Both the position numbers and the translations under genes were made by a program. From NCBI GenBank assembly GCA_022605425.2, contig JAKIMF020000007.1:558001-622000 (forward strand): a stretch of DNA of 64,000 nt, given 5' to 3'. The notes under the pieces were generated by a model. That model was not told where the DNA came from, did no database searches, and saw only the letters and a list, made by a program, of their open reading frames with translations. This DNA is from Hamiltosporidium tvaerminnensis FI-OER-3-3 (lineage: Eukaryota > Fungi > Microsporidia). Of this stretch, positions 53,644-64,000 are shown one piece after another; position 1 is the stretch's first letter, and every line of letters starts with the position of its first letter.

Positions 53644-55935
53644 ATGAATCTAATAATAATGAGAATACCAAGCAATCTTTTCGCTATTCTATATCTATTT
53701 TATAAGATATATAGATCCAAACTAATCTATGGTTCTATGGTACCACCAACTTCCAATATTTATCTTTGTTTTAAAAAGGATGAAATGTCTACTTCCGAGA
53801 ATATGAATGATTTGTTTCAACTTGACCTATCAGGCTTTGCACTATCCAGAGAATATTTTAATAGTCCAACATATATATCTCGGTATCACAGTTCTGAATT
53901 TTCCGATATAGGTTATATAAATAAAAATACTTTGAATTTGGTTTCAACTTTTCGAAAAATCGAGAAATCAATAGAATTATCGGAGAATCAGAGATTTCTA
54001 AACAAGAGAGATATTAAATATGCCAAATGGAAAATTTTTATGGTTTTTTGCAAGGTAAACATAGTTTTAATGAGGTAGGACTAACATTGGAAAATTTCAT
54101 TGACATTTTATATATAATTGATTTCCTTGAACCAATTTACAACTTAAATTTTTATAAATTGGTACAAACGTTCTTAATTAATTCAATATGTAAGGAAGAC
54201 CTGATTGATATATATTTAAACTTTGGTTTTAGTTCGAACCAAAAAATAAATCAGATTAGTCAAAATCTAAAGAAGTATATTATCAAGGTTTTTTTAAAAA
54301 TATATAATGCAGAGGAATATACAGAAGACTTTTTTCACAAGATATAAGTTATGATGATACTTTGCAAAAACATCGAAAGATTTTCCAAGAAAGTATTACC
54401 GAATCTCTATATATTTCATGTTCGGATCCAATTAATAAAATACTACGAATAGTTGGTAATACTTTCTTGGAAAATATCTCTCGAGTATTTTTTCGAATAC
54501 TAAAAATACGAAAAGTTATCATACATACTTATATTTTACAGAATTTCACCGAGATTCCGTTCTTTGAATTCATAAGTCATTCTATTGAAGAAATTACTTC
54601 TATAAATGCTGGCTATAATCTACATCAACTTACTCTTTTAGAAATCGAGATCAATTTCCAAATCTAAAAAAAAATATTTTTGTTTGATTGTAGTTTACAA
54701 AGAGGAGAAGAGTTTGTTTTTGCAAGCAATATGGAATATTCTTTTAAGAATTTATACTTCATTCAAGCTTTTGTTGGTTTTGATAGGTGGAAAATATATT
54801 CTCAACTACAAATTAAAGCTTCCAATATGAAATATAGCGGGTATTTATCGCCAAAAATTCTAAATTTCGCTAGGAATTTTCAAAATGGCGGTAAGCATTT
54901 ACATCCTTATTTTTCGGAGTTTCAAACCGATATTATAAATTTAAAAATCTGTTGTCTTGAAAAATATGTTTTAGCCGATCACATTGTTAATTCTTTAGAA
55001 AATTTATTTAAGAATATCGAGATAAGTATTGATTTTGTGAATGTAAAAGAAGAGAATATAGCTATTTTCATTCCTAAAAGTCTTAAAATTGTATGTTTAG
55101 AAATACATCGGTCAATAGTTTCCGAGAAAATTCTTGATTGTTGCCTACAATTGCCATATCTTAAAACATTAAACTTGAAATATAATTGTTTGCAATTTAA
55201 TGGTGGGCTCTTGAAAAACATCAGAGAAACTGCGGTAACATATATTGATTAAACTGATAATAAACTTGAGAACAATGGGATGTTTTTAAATATTTTAGAT
55301 ATTCTTTCGAGTAATACAAATATATTGATAAATTTTAAGATTGATACGGCGTTCATAGAGGAAATAGAAAACCATATTTTTAAAAATGATTTTATGAAAA
55401 TATTTAATAATTTCGGTAAAAATTTTAATGGCGGAATATGTCTTAGAAGCATCGACGGATGAAGTTAGGGAATTGTTGATTTTTTCAACCGTTGATTTTG
55501 CTTTTCCAAACAGGATTATTTCTAGCGATTCTTGTAAGTCGCTAGAGAAACGCGAGTAGTTAGTTTGAAAAAAGAATCTACAGAAAAATTATTGATTGAA
55601 AATCTAAAAAATTTCAAATCTTTGGTTGTAAGAATCACTCAATAAGTTTTTTTCAGAGTGTTTTGGATTTTTCAACATTAAAAAGGAAATTATACCTGAA
55701 AATATAGTTTGTATAGATTTTTATATCAATAGGATCGATTCTAGAGTGTTTACTTTCCCTGAAAAAACATAAAGCAAATTACATTTGACGATTGCTGTAT
55801 TCAGTGATGATATGTTGCTCTTCACTGCTTCTGATTTTGAAGAAAGTAAAATAAGAGTGACAAATTATTAGTGATTATGATTCGGAGGTAAATGATCTTT
55901 CTGAGCATCTGCAAAATTATTTTCGAAGAGTTGTG
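53644..55935 (+). pseudogene. Fragmented LRR-type family gene, paralog 2 (MNLIIMRIP family)
   Basis: ORF chain 53644-54078, 54027-54347, 54362-54667, 54680-55252, 55280-55462. Near-identical to 18241-20578 but with different disabling mutations. Confidence 0.8.
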
Positions 55936-57269
55936 ATTTGTAGTCAGCATTCATGGGCATTTTATAATAAACTATTGGCTATAAAGGGATTATTGAGTTT
56001 TTATACAGTTAACTATCGTTTATTACTGTTAATTAGTTTCCTATCGACCGTAATGAATGAATTAGCGAAGGAAAACTCTTTTTTTATAATTAAATTTATT
56101 CTTAGTGTGGCTGTATAAAATTTACTTAGATCCTTCTAAATATCTTTTTAGACTTCCTTGGACATGAAAAAAATTTTGGTCTCTATTTCTTGCGTATTGT
56201 ATTACCTGATTTATAATAAAATAAAGAAAGTAAAATTTAAAGCGTAATCTTCATATATTATTTTTATTTTAGTAATTTCACATGGTAATGTTATATTTAA
56301 CATATTACTATACATGCCTTGTAAAATTCTAAAAATTGATGTAAATCTTGAGTAATAAACTAAGGAGTTAATCTACAGAGTTTTATTCATAATGAGCGAA
56401 TTAAAGCGAGGTTTTTAGGTTACTCGTGTAAGAAATTATACTCGGTAGTTCCCCGAAGAATCTTTTAATTTTCTAAAGAGGTTTTCGTAGGTCATATTGC
56501 ATTATTGAAGATATTCTGAAACAGTAATGCGCAATTCTTTTCTGGTCTCCTTTGTTTAATTTTGTTCCAAATCCATATCCTTGTTTTATAATTCGACAGA
56601 GGAATTCAGGAGGATAAAAACTCTTGAAAAGATATCCTCGCTACCCTTAACTGCTATTATGTCTCTTCTTCACTTTTTCGTTTACATATTTCAGTCAAAA
56701 TTTTATTACTTTAAGGATTAGAAAAAGAATATCGATAAATACCATTATAAGACTTGTATACGCATTCTTAAAAATCGAAATCAATTACTTTAAATGCAAT
56801 TCTTTATTTTTAGATGCAAAAAGGCAAATATGAGAAAAACAGGGGTGGCCGGGCCTATCAGTGGCTTTAATACAAAGCACGAACTTTTACAAAAAAACAA
56901 ACGAAAAAATTTCAGATATCGAAGGTTTAAAGATTTCCAACCTTTCCTTCTATTCAATTTACTTCTTTCGATTTTTTTTCTTCTAAATAATGCTTACCTA
57001 TAATTAAATGAACACCATGCTTTGTTTAATAATTAAATATATGCATTAGAATCGAGAAAATATCTTATTGAAATATATTAAGACTTTATTACGGTCAGGT
57101 ATTTTATTTGTACTTTTCAATTTAATTGGTGGTTTAGATTTATCGTTTAGAGCATATAACCCATGAACCTTACGCAATAACAACAAAATATAAATTTAAA
57201 AACGATTTCATTTGAAAAATTATTTTTTTCACGTTTAAATTATATAATGTCAGAAAAAATTATCTTGTG

Positions 57270-58200
57270 TCTGTTAATGGCTTTTGAGATGGTTAAAAGG
57301 AGAAAATACAAGGTCAAGCGAGGAACAGTGTTCTGCTATATCCAGTATAGAAATTGCTTTGAGCAAAAAAAATTTGACCACGTTGCAATAAGTCTGATAA
57401 AACAATAAGGCAGAAGTAACTTGATATGAGAAAATGCTCCGACATGACTATACCGACAGCATAATGATATGGTTAGATGTCTAATTTTTCCTTCTTAACC
57501 CATATACGTTTAAGTCTACAAACTGAATTAGGTGTAACTCAGTTCAAGAAATTCTTCAAAAAAAGTATGTGTAGATAAGAGTGCATACCAGAATAAGAAC
57601 TCATCTAAATTCGGAATGATAGACCAGATATTTTTCTTTAGATAAGAATTAAAGCTGATAACACTTATTAAAGTAGGAATTACTTCCTATGATTCCCTTC
57701 AAATAGTTTAAACTGAAAAGGTGTGAATTATGACTTCCTATCCAATGTGTTTAGTCTTATTTTAATTGTAGTGTTGATATAATTTCTTATGTGATAAATT
57801 GGCACAATGATGTGACAAAATTATAATGGTACCGTTAAAAAATTGCAAACACGCATGAATATAGTGGCCTACATTCAGTGTATAGTACTCAAAAAGACAT
57901 TTGGAAAAAAAAATTGATCAACAGGTTAGCTTGAGTTGGTACCAACTGCCAAGAAAGCTGGAAAGAACGTCAACGGGTGTTAATAAAAAGCCGAGTTGGA
58001 TATAGAACCAACCATTCTTTCAAAACAAGCAAATTACCAGGAAGATAGTGTTAAACATGCTAAAACAAAAACAATACACTCTTTACTTCAGTTAGCGAAA
58101 CCCCACCATATGATCTGATAATAGATAAAAGAAGCTTCAGGTTGCGAAAAAGAAAAGCAAAGTGGCTAAAAAGTTAGAAGAAAATATATAAAAGTGTGAA
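57270..58200 (+). mobile_element. 3' fragment of RLE-type non-LTR retrotransposon
   Basis: EKMLRHDYTDS (~57430), RNDRPDIF, TLIKVGITSYDSLQIV.TEK, AYIQCIVLKKT. Homologous to 42600-43400. Confidence 0.75.
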
Positions 58201-58952
58201 AAAAAAATTAATCTAATATTATATTAAAGTTATCCCTACAAAGGAAAATCAAAACCACAATTTTATAAATTTTTTTCTTTCTTTGTATATAATTTTTTAA
58301 TTTATAAACCTTGGACAGAAAACAGCAAGCTTTAGAAAATATTTCGTTACCTAAATTAGCTTTTTTTTACACGAATTTTCGTATTAATTATACAATTTCA
58401 ATAAATTGATTCACAAGATATTTTTGCGTCACAAACTAGGATTAAGTACTCATTTGCAATTGTTTGATTTTTTTCATTTCAAATTGAATTCATTTTTGAG
58501 TTTTTCTCATAAATTTAATCCTATAAAATTTAAAATTTAAAAGATCAATGAAAATTCTTCACTCTTTTTAAGAAATATTTTCTTGATCAAATGCTTATTT
58601 TATAATTTAATCTAAAATATTCGTGATGAATATTCTTATATATGTCTTATTCGGTGTTTAGTATTTGAAGAAAAGAACTTCTATATACATTCATATCTTC
58701 AAAGACATATAATAATTGCATAACTGTGGAAATATATATCGAAATACATTATTTGGTATTTTCGCACTATTTTAGATACCAAAATATTCGGTATTCATAT
58801 AATTATTTGGGTTTTCTTTGATAATAAATTATAAAGTTTTTTTTCATTAGATCTAACTTCAAACGTTTTTATAAAATATAGAATTTAGTTTGATATATAT
58901 TATTGCTAAATTAAAAGAATATTTTATATAAACTTTCAAATGTGGAAAAAGA

Positions 58953-59180
58953 TACTTACTTACATATTATGTTCTTCTTCTATCTTACGGTGTCGAGGAT
59001 GACCGAATAAAAATTTCCTATTTGTTTCTTTTAATCTGTTATAACTCGGAATTATAGAAGATCGGCCTATAATTCAGTGGGTTTTATATCCCACAAAAAT
59101 GGCAATAATTAATTTCACACCAATTCTACGCACTCATTTCCAACCAGATAGTTTTTAATGTGGATATCCTCTCTTCACCC
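58953..59180 (-). mobile_element. Family B SINE-like element
   Basis: Reverse complement reads GGGTGAAGAGAGGATATCCACATTAAAAACTATCTGGTTGG...CCGAGTTATAACAGATTAAAAGAAACAAAT...CATCCTCGA...GTAAGTAAGTA. Confidence 0.85.
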
Positions 59181-59880
59181 TGTAAAAGAATACCCGCATT
59201 AAAGCCTTTTGCTTATTAATGTGTATGTGAAATAGGTGTGAAAATCATTTTTTGCATGTTTGGTATAAAGAAAACTACAGTATATTTTCGGTGCTTTTCT
59301 GGGATGATAATATAATTAGGAAAGGTATACAAAATGATGAAACTTTTTCTAGAAAGAATGTTTATAATTTTTATGTAACTAGATTAAAGCCTACCTGCCG
59401 TAATGATAAATGATTGACATTAAAACCTAGGAAGTCCTGGCTTTTCTCAATTTAGTTGGAGACTTGGAGCCCGGGCATTTAAGAATAAAACTCTTTAAAG
59501 CTAGGAAAGCAAAGTAGCAGGATATTTATTGGTGTGTCGTTTCGGCATCTAGGTGGACCATATTTAAGGCATAGAGATATACCTTGGCTTGGTGTTCATT
59601 TGGTTCAGAAATTGTAAAGAAATATAAATACAGTGGTCCTGGGTAGCTAAATGTCGATTTTGGCGAGCGATCACACTTCAAACAGCGGATATAAACGAAC
59701 TCAAATTAATGCCATCTATCGATTAGCTTCTACATAATTTTAGATGAAAGGCTTTGGGATGTAGGTATCTGAAGGGATACCGATGTAGTGTTGAAGAAAA
59801 TGTTATCGATGTTAAACCCAAAATGATGAAAACAATAAAAAACGCGTCACTTTTATGAAAAGATATGAAATTCAATATAT
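59181..59880 (+). mobile_element. Family A SINE-like element, near full length, decayed
   Basis: GTGAAATAGGTGTGAAAATCATT, GAAACTTTTTCTA, AAGTAGCAGG, CGATCACACT, ATAAACGAACTC, TAGATGAAAGGCTTTGGGATGTAGGTATC, ATGTTAAACC. Confidence 0.85.
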
Positions 59881-61439
59881 AGAAATGTTTTTATCAAAAG
59901 TATAAAAACGAATTTGATAAAAGTCAGTTAGTCACTAGCAAGGTAAATACCTTTTTTTTCAAAACTTTTAATGTCTACAAATACTTTGAATGATATAAAT
60001 TATATAGAGAATAATATTTATGACTAAAAATTAAGAAATCTTAATTTTTAGTTGGCGAGAAACTTCTCCGAAAATATAATACAACGAAATATTTCATTGC
60101 GTTTTAGATATTTATTTTTTTGCTAATCTTTGAAAGTATAAAAATAATAGATTAAACAAATTATTTTATGTTTGCCATAGTTTTCTCATTCATTTTGTTT
60201 GTTTAGACAAGTTTGATATTATGCGGAGTTATCTAATAGTTCTATTTTACTTGAATACATGTATTTAATAATCAGATAACATGAAAGTATAAAGTTTATA
60301 ATAATTCATTTAATAAAGTTAACGACACAAAAAGTGCAGCACTTATCCATAATTTTTAAGTCTTATACAATAAAGAACTACACCAAACACGAGTAAATAC
60401 TGTATATAATCCGTTATATCTCTAAAATAGGCATCATCTTATCAAAGAACAAGATTACAAAAATAATTTGCTATATGATGCTAGAAATATTTCTATATAT
60501 TTTAATCAGTAGTATTCACGGTATTAGGTAAAATTAACTACTGAACGAGCAAATCTATTTCATATTTATTTATTATAAAGACGCACGCACATGTTACCAA
60601 AATTCGTTTGAGAAATACAAGCACGGTAGCCCTTTTAAATTGGTTCAATGTAATTTTTAAGGGCATGGGGTGATTTAAGATGGGATATATAGTATTAAAT
60701 CAGATTAAAACAATCTCCAATATAAATTAAAAGTATCAATGCTTAGATTATAAATATCATATCTATCTTGATGAATTATATCAAATAAAAATGAATATAA
60801 AATAAATAATTCATTGTTGATAAAAAAACTCAAAATCGATCTAATAAAAAGTATAAAAGCTAATGTCTATAGTACACAAAGTATTAAGATCCTATCTAGG
60901 AATATTCAAAAACACTTGGGTTTTTTCACATGATTATAAAAATCTAACTTTAAGAATCTCTTTTCCGTAAAGAAATATTATTATAAAAAGTACTCAAATA
61001 CCTTAAAATTTCTCATTTGTACATCGAAAATTGTATCATGAACAGAATAAACGTAATCTAAAGTATCATTATAATATATCTTCTGAGCTTACCTATTTCT
61101 TCTAGATTAATTACCTTATAATTATTAGAAATAGAATATCAATTATATAATTTCCTAATATGGAAGAATCATTAGATTTATAGAACTTATTGAACCAAGA
61201 AAACTACGTAAAAAAATCACACATAATAAAATACTGAAAAACAAAACATCATTGATAACAAAACAGTAAAAATTAGAGAATTCCCGTATAAAATATAAAA
61301 TATGAAAGATTAAAAAATAACTATCACTCATAATGAGAAATCAAAGTAAAAGATATAAAATATGATTTTAGCAAGAAACACATTCTTAAAAACAATTCAA
61401 AAATATAAATTATGTATAATATTGACATTAAAACAAATT

Positions 61440-62510
61440 TTATTTTTTAGACCGTTGAAACGCATAATTATTCTTCTTTCCTTTATCCTTAACCATCTCT
61501 TCCAACACATCTTGTTTATTACTAAAAACAAGCGATTTTTCCATAAAATTATTTTCATCCAAACTTTTAGCAAACTCTGTTTCTTCGATATCACACACTT
61601 TTTCATGACTAATTTCACTCTCGAATTCATTAATTGCGCTGTAAAGAAACCCATCCTCACTTGAAGACACATCAATACCACTTTCATCTTCATCTTTAAA
61701 TTCCCGTTTACTAAATATCTTTTTATATTTAAAATCTATCTTTTTCGACCCATATTTTTCTTTAAGTTTATTTAATTTCTCAACATCCATTACTTCCATC
61801 TCCTCGCCATGTTTAGAAAGCCCTTCAAAATAATCGTCTTTAACTTTCTTTGTTGAAATAAATTTTGACTTTTTCAGATCTTCAAATATTTCTTTCTCAT
61901 CCACCACCGAATCACTCGATCCAGACCCAGAAAGCTCTGCTTCATCTTCTATATAATCTAGATTTACTTCATTCTGTTCCAAAAAGTCATCTTCGTTTAG
62001 TGTATCACTACTAACTGAGTCATCTTTAATATCTTCAAATTTTCCAGTATTTAATTTATTTTCATTATCAATATTACCATCAAATATATCTCTATTCAAC
62101 CCATTTTCTACACCAATATTATTATCAATTTCCCTAATATTCTCTACACAACTATTATTCTCTACAATATTATTATCTCCTACTTCATCATTACCTTCTA
62201 CTTCCCTAATATCCTCTACAATATTATTATCTCCTACATCACTCAACAAACTATCAATACTATCTTCAATACTACTATCACCGACACATTTACTCTTATA
62301 AAACAACAACTCTATCTCATCATTATCGATACTCAATAACTTATTTTTAATTCGTTTCTGTGTCTCATTAATTCTCAACTCAGTAAAAATACCATTTCTT
62401 ATCTTTTCATAATTACACAAACATAAATCAATATCGTATGATTGTAACGGTTTAGTTAATTCTAAATCTACTGAAGAATATATAAAACTTTTTTGTTTTT
62501 CTTTTTTCAT
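61440..62510 (-). CDS. Acidic low-complexity protein, possibly Mrc1/claspin-like
   Basis: Intact 356-aa ORF with CCC motif upstream. D/E/N-rich with an internal VGDNNIVE repeat. YIEDEAELSGS resembles the Mrc1/claspin acidic motif (weak). Confidence 0.7.
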   Translation of the reverse strand: MKKEKQKSFIYSSVDLELTKPLQSYDIDLCLCNYEKIRNGIFTELRINETQKRIKNKLLSIDNDEIELLFYKSKCVGDSSIEDSIDSLLSDVGDNNIVEDIREVEGNDEVGDNNIVENNSCVENIREIDNNIGVENGLNRDIFDGNIDNENKLNTGKFEDIKDDSVSSDTLNEDDFLEQNEVNLDYIEDEAELSGSGSSDSVVDEKEIFEDLKKSKFISTKKVKDDYFEGLSKHGEEMEVMDVEKLNKLKEKYGSKKIDFKYKKIFSKREFKDEDESGIDVSSSEDGFLYSAINEFESEISHEKVCDIEETEFAKSLDENNFMEKSLVFSNKQDVLEEMVKDKGKKNNYAFQRSKK

Positions 62511-62529
62511 ATTTTTATAGGGTTGTCAT

Positions 62530-63110
62530 ATAAGATTGGTTTACATATTAAAATTTCTCTTTTTTTAAAGAATTATTTCTCATTTTTTAAAGAATTATTT
62601 CTTAGTAAAAACGATTCTTTTTTTTTAAGAATTAATTCTCGTTTTTTACACAATTATTTCTATTTTATAAACGATTCTTTTATTTATGAATTATGTCTCA
62701 TTTTTTAAAGAATTATTTCTATTTTTTTAAATATTCTCCGCCATTTTTTTAAATATTCCTCCCATTGTTTTTTTAAATATTCCTCCCTGTTTTTGTAAAT
62801 ATTCCTCCCTGTTTTTGTAAATATTCCTCCCAGTTTTTATAAATATTCTACCCATTGTTTTTATAAATATTCTACCCATTGTTTTTTTTAAATATTCCTC
62901 CCAGTTTTTTTAAATATTCTCACCATTGTTTTTAAATAGATTTCGTTTATTAAACACCCCCTATCCTTTATTTTACCTTTTTTTTAAAATCACTCTCATT
63001 TTAATTTCTCCATATTCTTTTATTTCCTCTAAATTTTTAAAATTACCAATTTTCTATTTTTATTTCCTCTAAATTTTTAAAATTACCAATTTTCTATTTT
63101 TATTTCCCCA
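62530..63110. repeat. Cluster of short tandem repeats upstream of the acidic gene
   Basis: TTTTTTAAAGAATTATTTCT units (62540-62720), about eight ~21-25-bp TTTTTAAATATTCCTCCC(ATT)GT units (62725-62935), and a 40-bp duplication (63018-63105). Confidence 0.8.
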
Positions 63111-63113
63111 CAA

Positions 63114-63248
63114 ATGAATCTAAAAAATTATTATTTAGAATCCAGAAAGCATTTTTATGAATGTGAAAGTGAAGAAGAAAGTGATAATTTAGAAGATTTA
63201 GAAGAAATAAAAAAATGGAAAGAAAGAAGTGAAAGAAGGAAATTTTAG
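63114..63248 (+). CDS. Candidate 44-aa small protein
   Basis: CCCCACAA-ATG start context. Translates MNLKNYYLESRKHFYECESEEESDNLEDLEEIKKWKERSERRKF*. Below the ORF-track cutoff. Confidence 0.4.
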   Translation: MNLKNYYLESRKHFYECESEEESDNLEDLEEIKKWKERSERRKF

Positions 63249-63319
63249 AATTAAAGAGTTTTAGAGTTAGAATGAAGGTGGTATTAAAGAATTATTATTT
63301 GTATGTAGAAAACCAATAG

Positions 63320-63590
63320 CAAATAAATAAAAATAAATTTCTTTAAAAATTCTCTACAAAATAGAAAATAACTTATCTATGATATTTTATTCAATTCATT
63401 TACTTAAAAAAATGCTCTTAAAAAATAAAAAATAACTTATCTAAAAAATATAAATAATAAAAATAAATTTCTTAAAAAAAATGCTCCAAAAAATAAAAAA
63501 TAACTTATCTAAGATATAAAATATAAATAATAAAAATAAAAATAAATTCCTTTAAAAAAATACTTCCAAAAAATAAAAACTACTAATCTA
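63320..63590. repeat. Degenerate A-rich tandem repeat (~65-80-bp period)
   Basis: AAAATAAATTTC..AAAAA..CTC..AAAATAAAAAATAACTTATCTA recurs 3-4 times. Confidence 0.65.
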
Positions 63591-63606
63591 AAAAAGAAAG
63601 AAGTAC

Positions 63607-64000
63607 TTTATTTAAAAGTATCACATCTTTTTTAAAACAGTGGCAAGTGTTATATTTGTTTTCATGACATTAACGCAGTTCTAGGTTTAACATAAATAAC
63701 TGCTACCCCAAAACTCCATCAGTAACCCCTGCGATACCTACGTCCCAAAGCCTTTCATCTACCAGGTGTGTAGAACCTAATTAATAGGCGAGGCAGTTGC
63801 CCGGAGTTCGTTAATGTCCGTTGCATGGAGTGTGATCGAAGGCCGAAGCCCCCCCTGGGCTCCCCCAAGACTATGCAGCATTCCCACTTACTCTACACTT
63901 TCTGAACCCAATAAACTTCTAGCTAAGATATATTTCAGAGGATTACATGGGGTCCACCTAGATAGTGCAATGTCATACCAACAGGTATAACCTGCTACTT
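63607..64000 (-). mobile_element. Family A SINE-like element, young copy truncated by window end
   Basis: Nearly identical to 38322-38712 and shares the same 3' terminus TTTATTTAAAAGTATCACATC. Confidence 0.92.

Noticed and set aside
56840-56865. CAGGGGTGGCC resembling a hAT terminal repeat
   Set aside because: No matching inverted partner or transposase remnant found.
62725-62935. CRISPR-like array
   Set aside because: Contiguous degenerate units without unique spacers; eukaryotic context and no cas genes.

Overview
A very AT-rich, gene-sparse eukaryotic window. It is most consistent with a large-genome microsporidian (Hamiltosporidium-like); this is inferred from CCC/GGG motifs just upstream of ATGs, expanded LRR-type gene families and the transposon content. 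Intact or nearly intact genes: a 919-aa LRR protein, an MBOAT sterol/diacylglycerol O-acyltransferase, a multiply frameshifted acetyl-CoA synthetase, two frameshifted hypothetical genes and an acidic protein. Much of the rest is mobile DNA: a decayed RTE-clade LINE, four remnants of an RLE-type non-LTR element, and a Ginger2-like TIR integrase transposon. There is also an apparently unannotated set of non-coding retroposons. (i) A 194-bp element begins exactly at a twister-ribozyme cleavage site, ends in an RTE-type tail and sits between 14-bp direct repeats. (ii) Family A is a ~727-bp hairpin-rich SINE-like element with 8 copies here, one with a 13-bp TSD. (iii) Family B is a ~227-bp element with 4 copies that shares A's ~110-nt head but carries an RTE (TAAG)n tail. 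Two otherwise near-identical paralogous pseudogenes differ by a length-conserved, highly divergent ~70-codon cassette. All alignments were done by eye, and boundaries of decayed copies are approximate.
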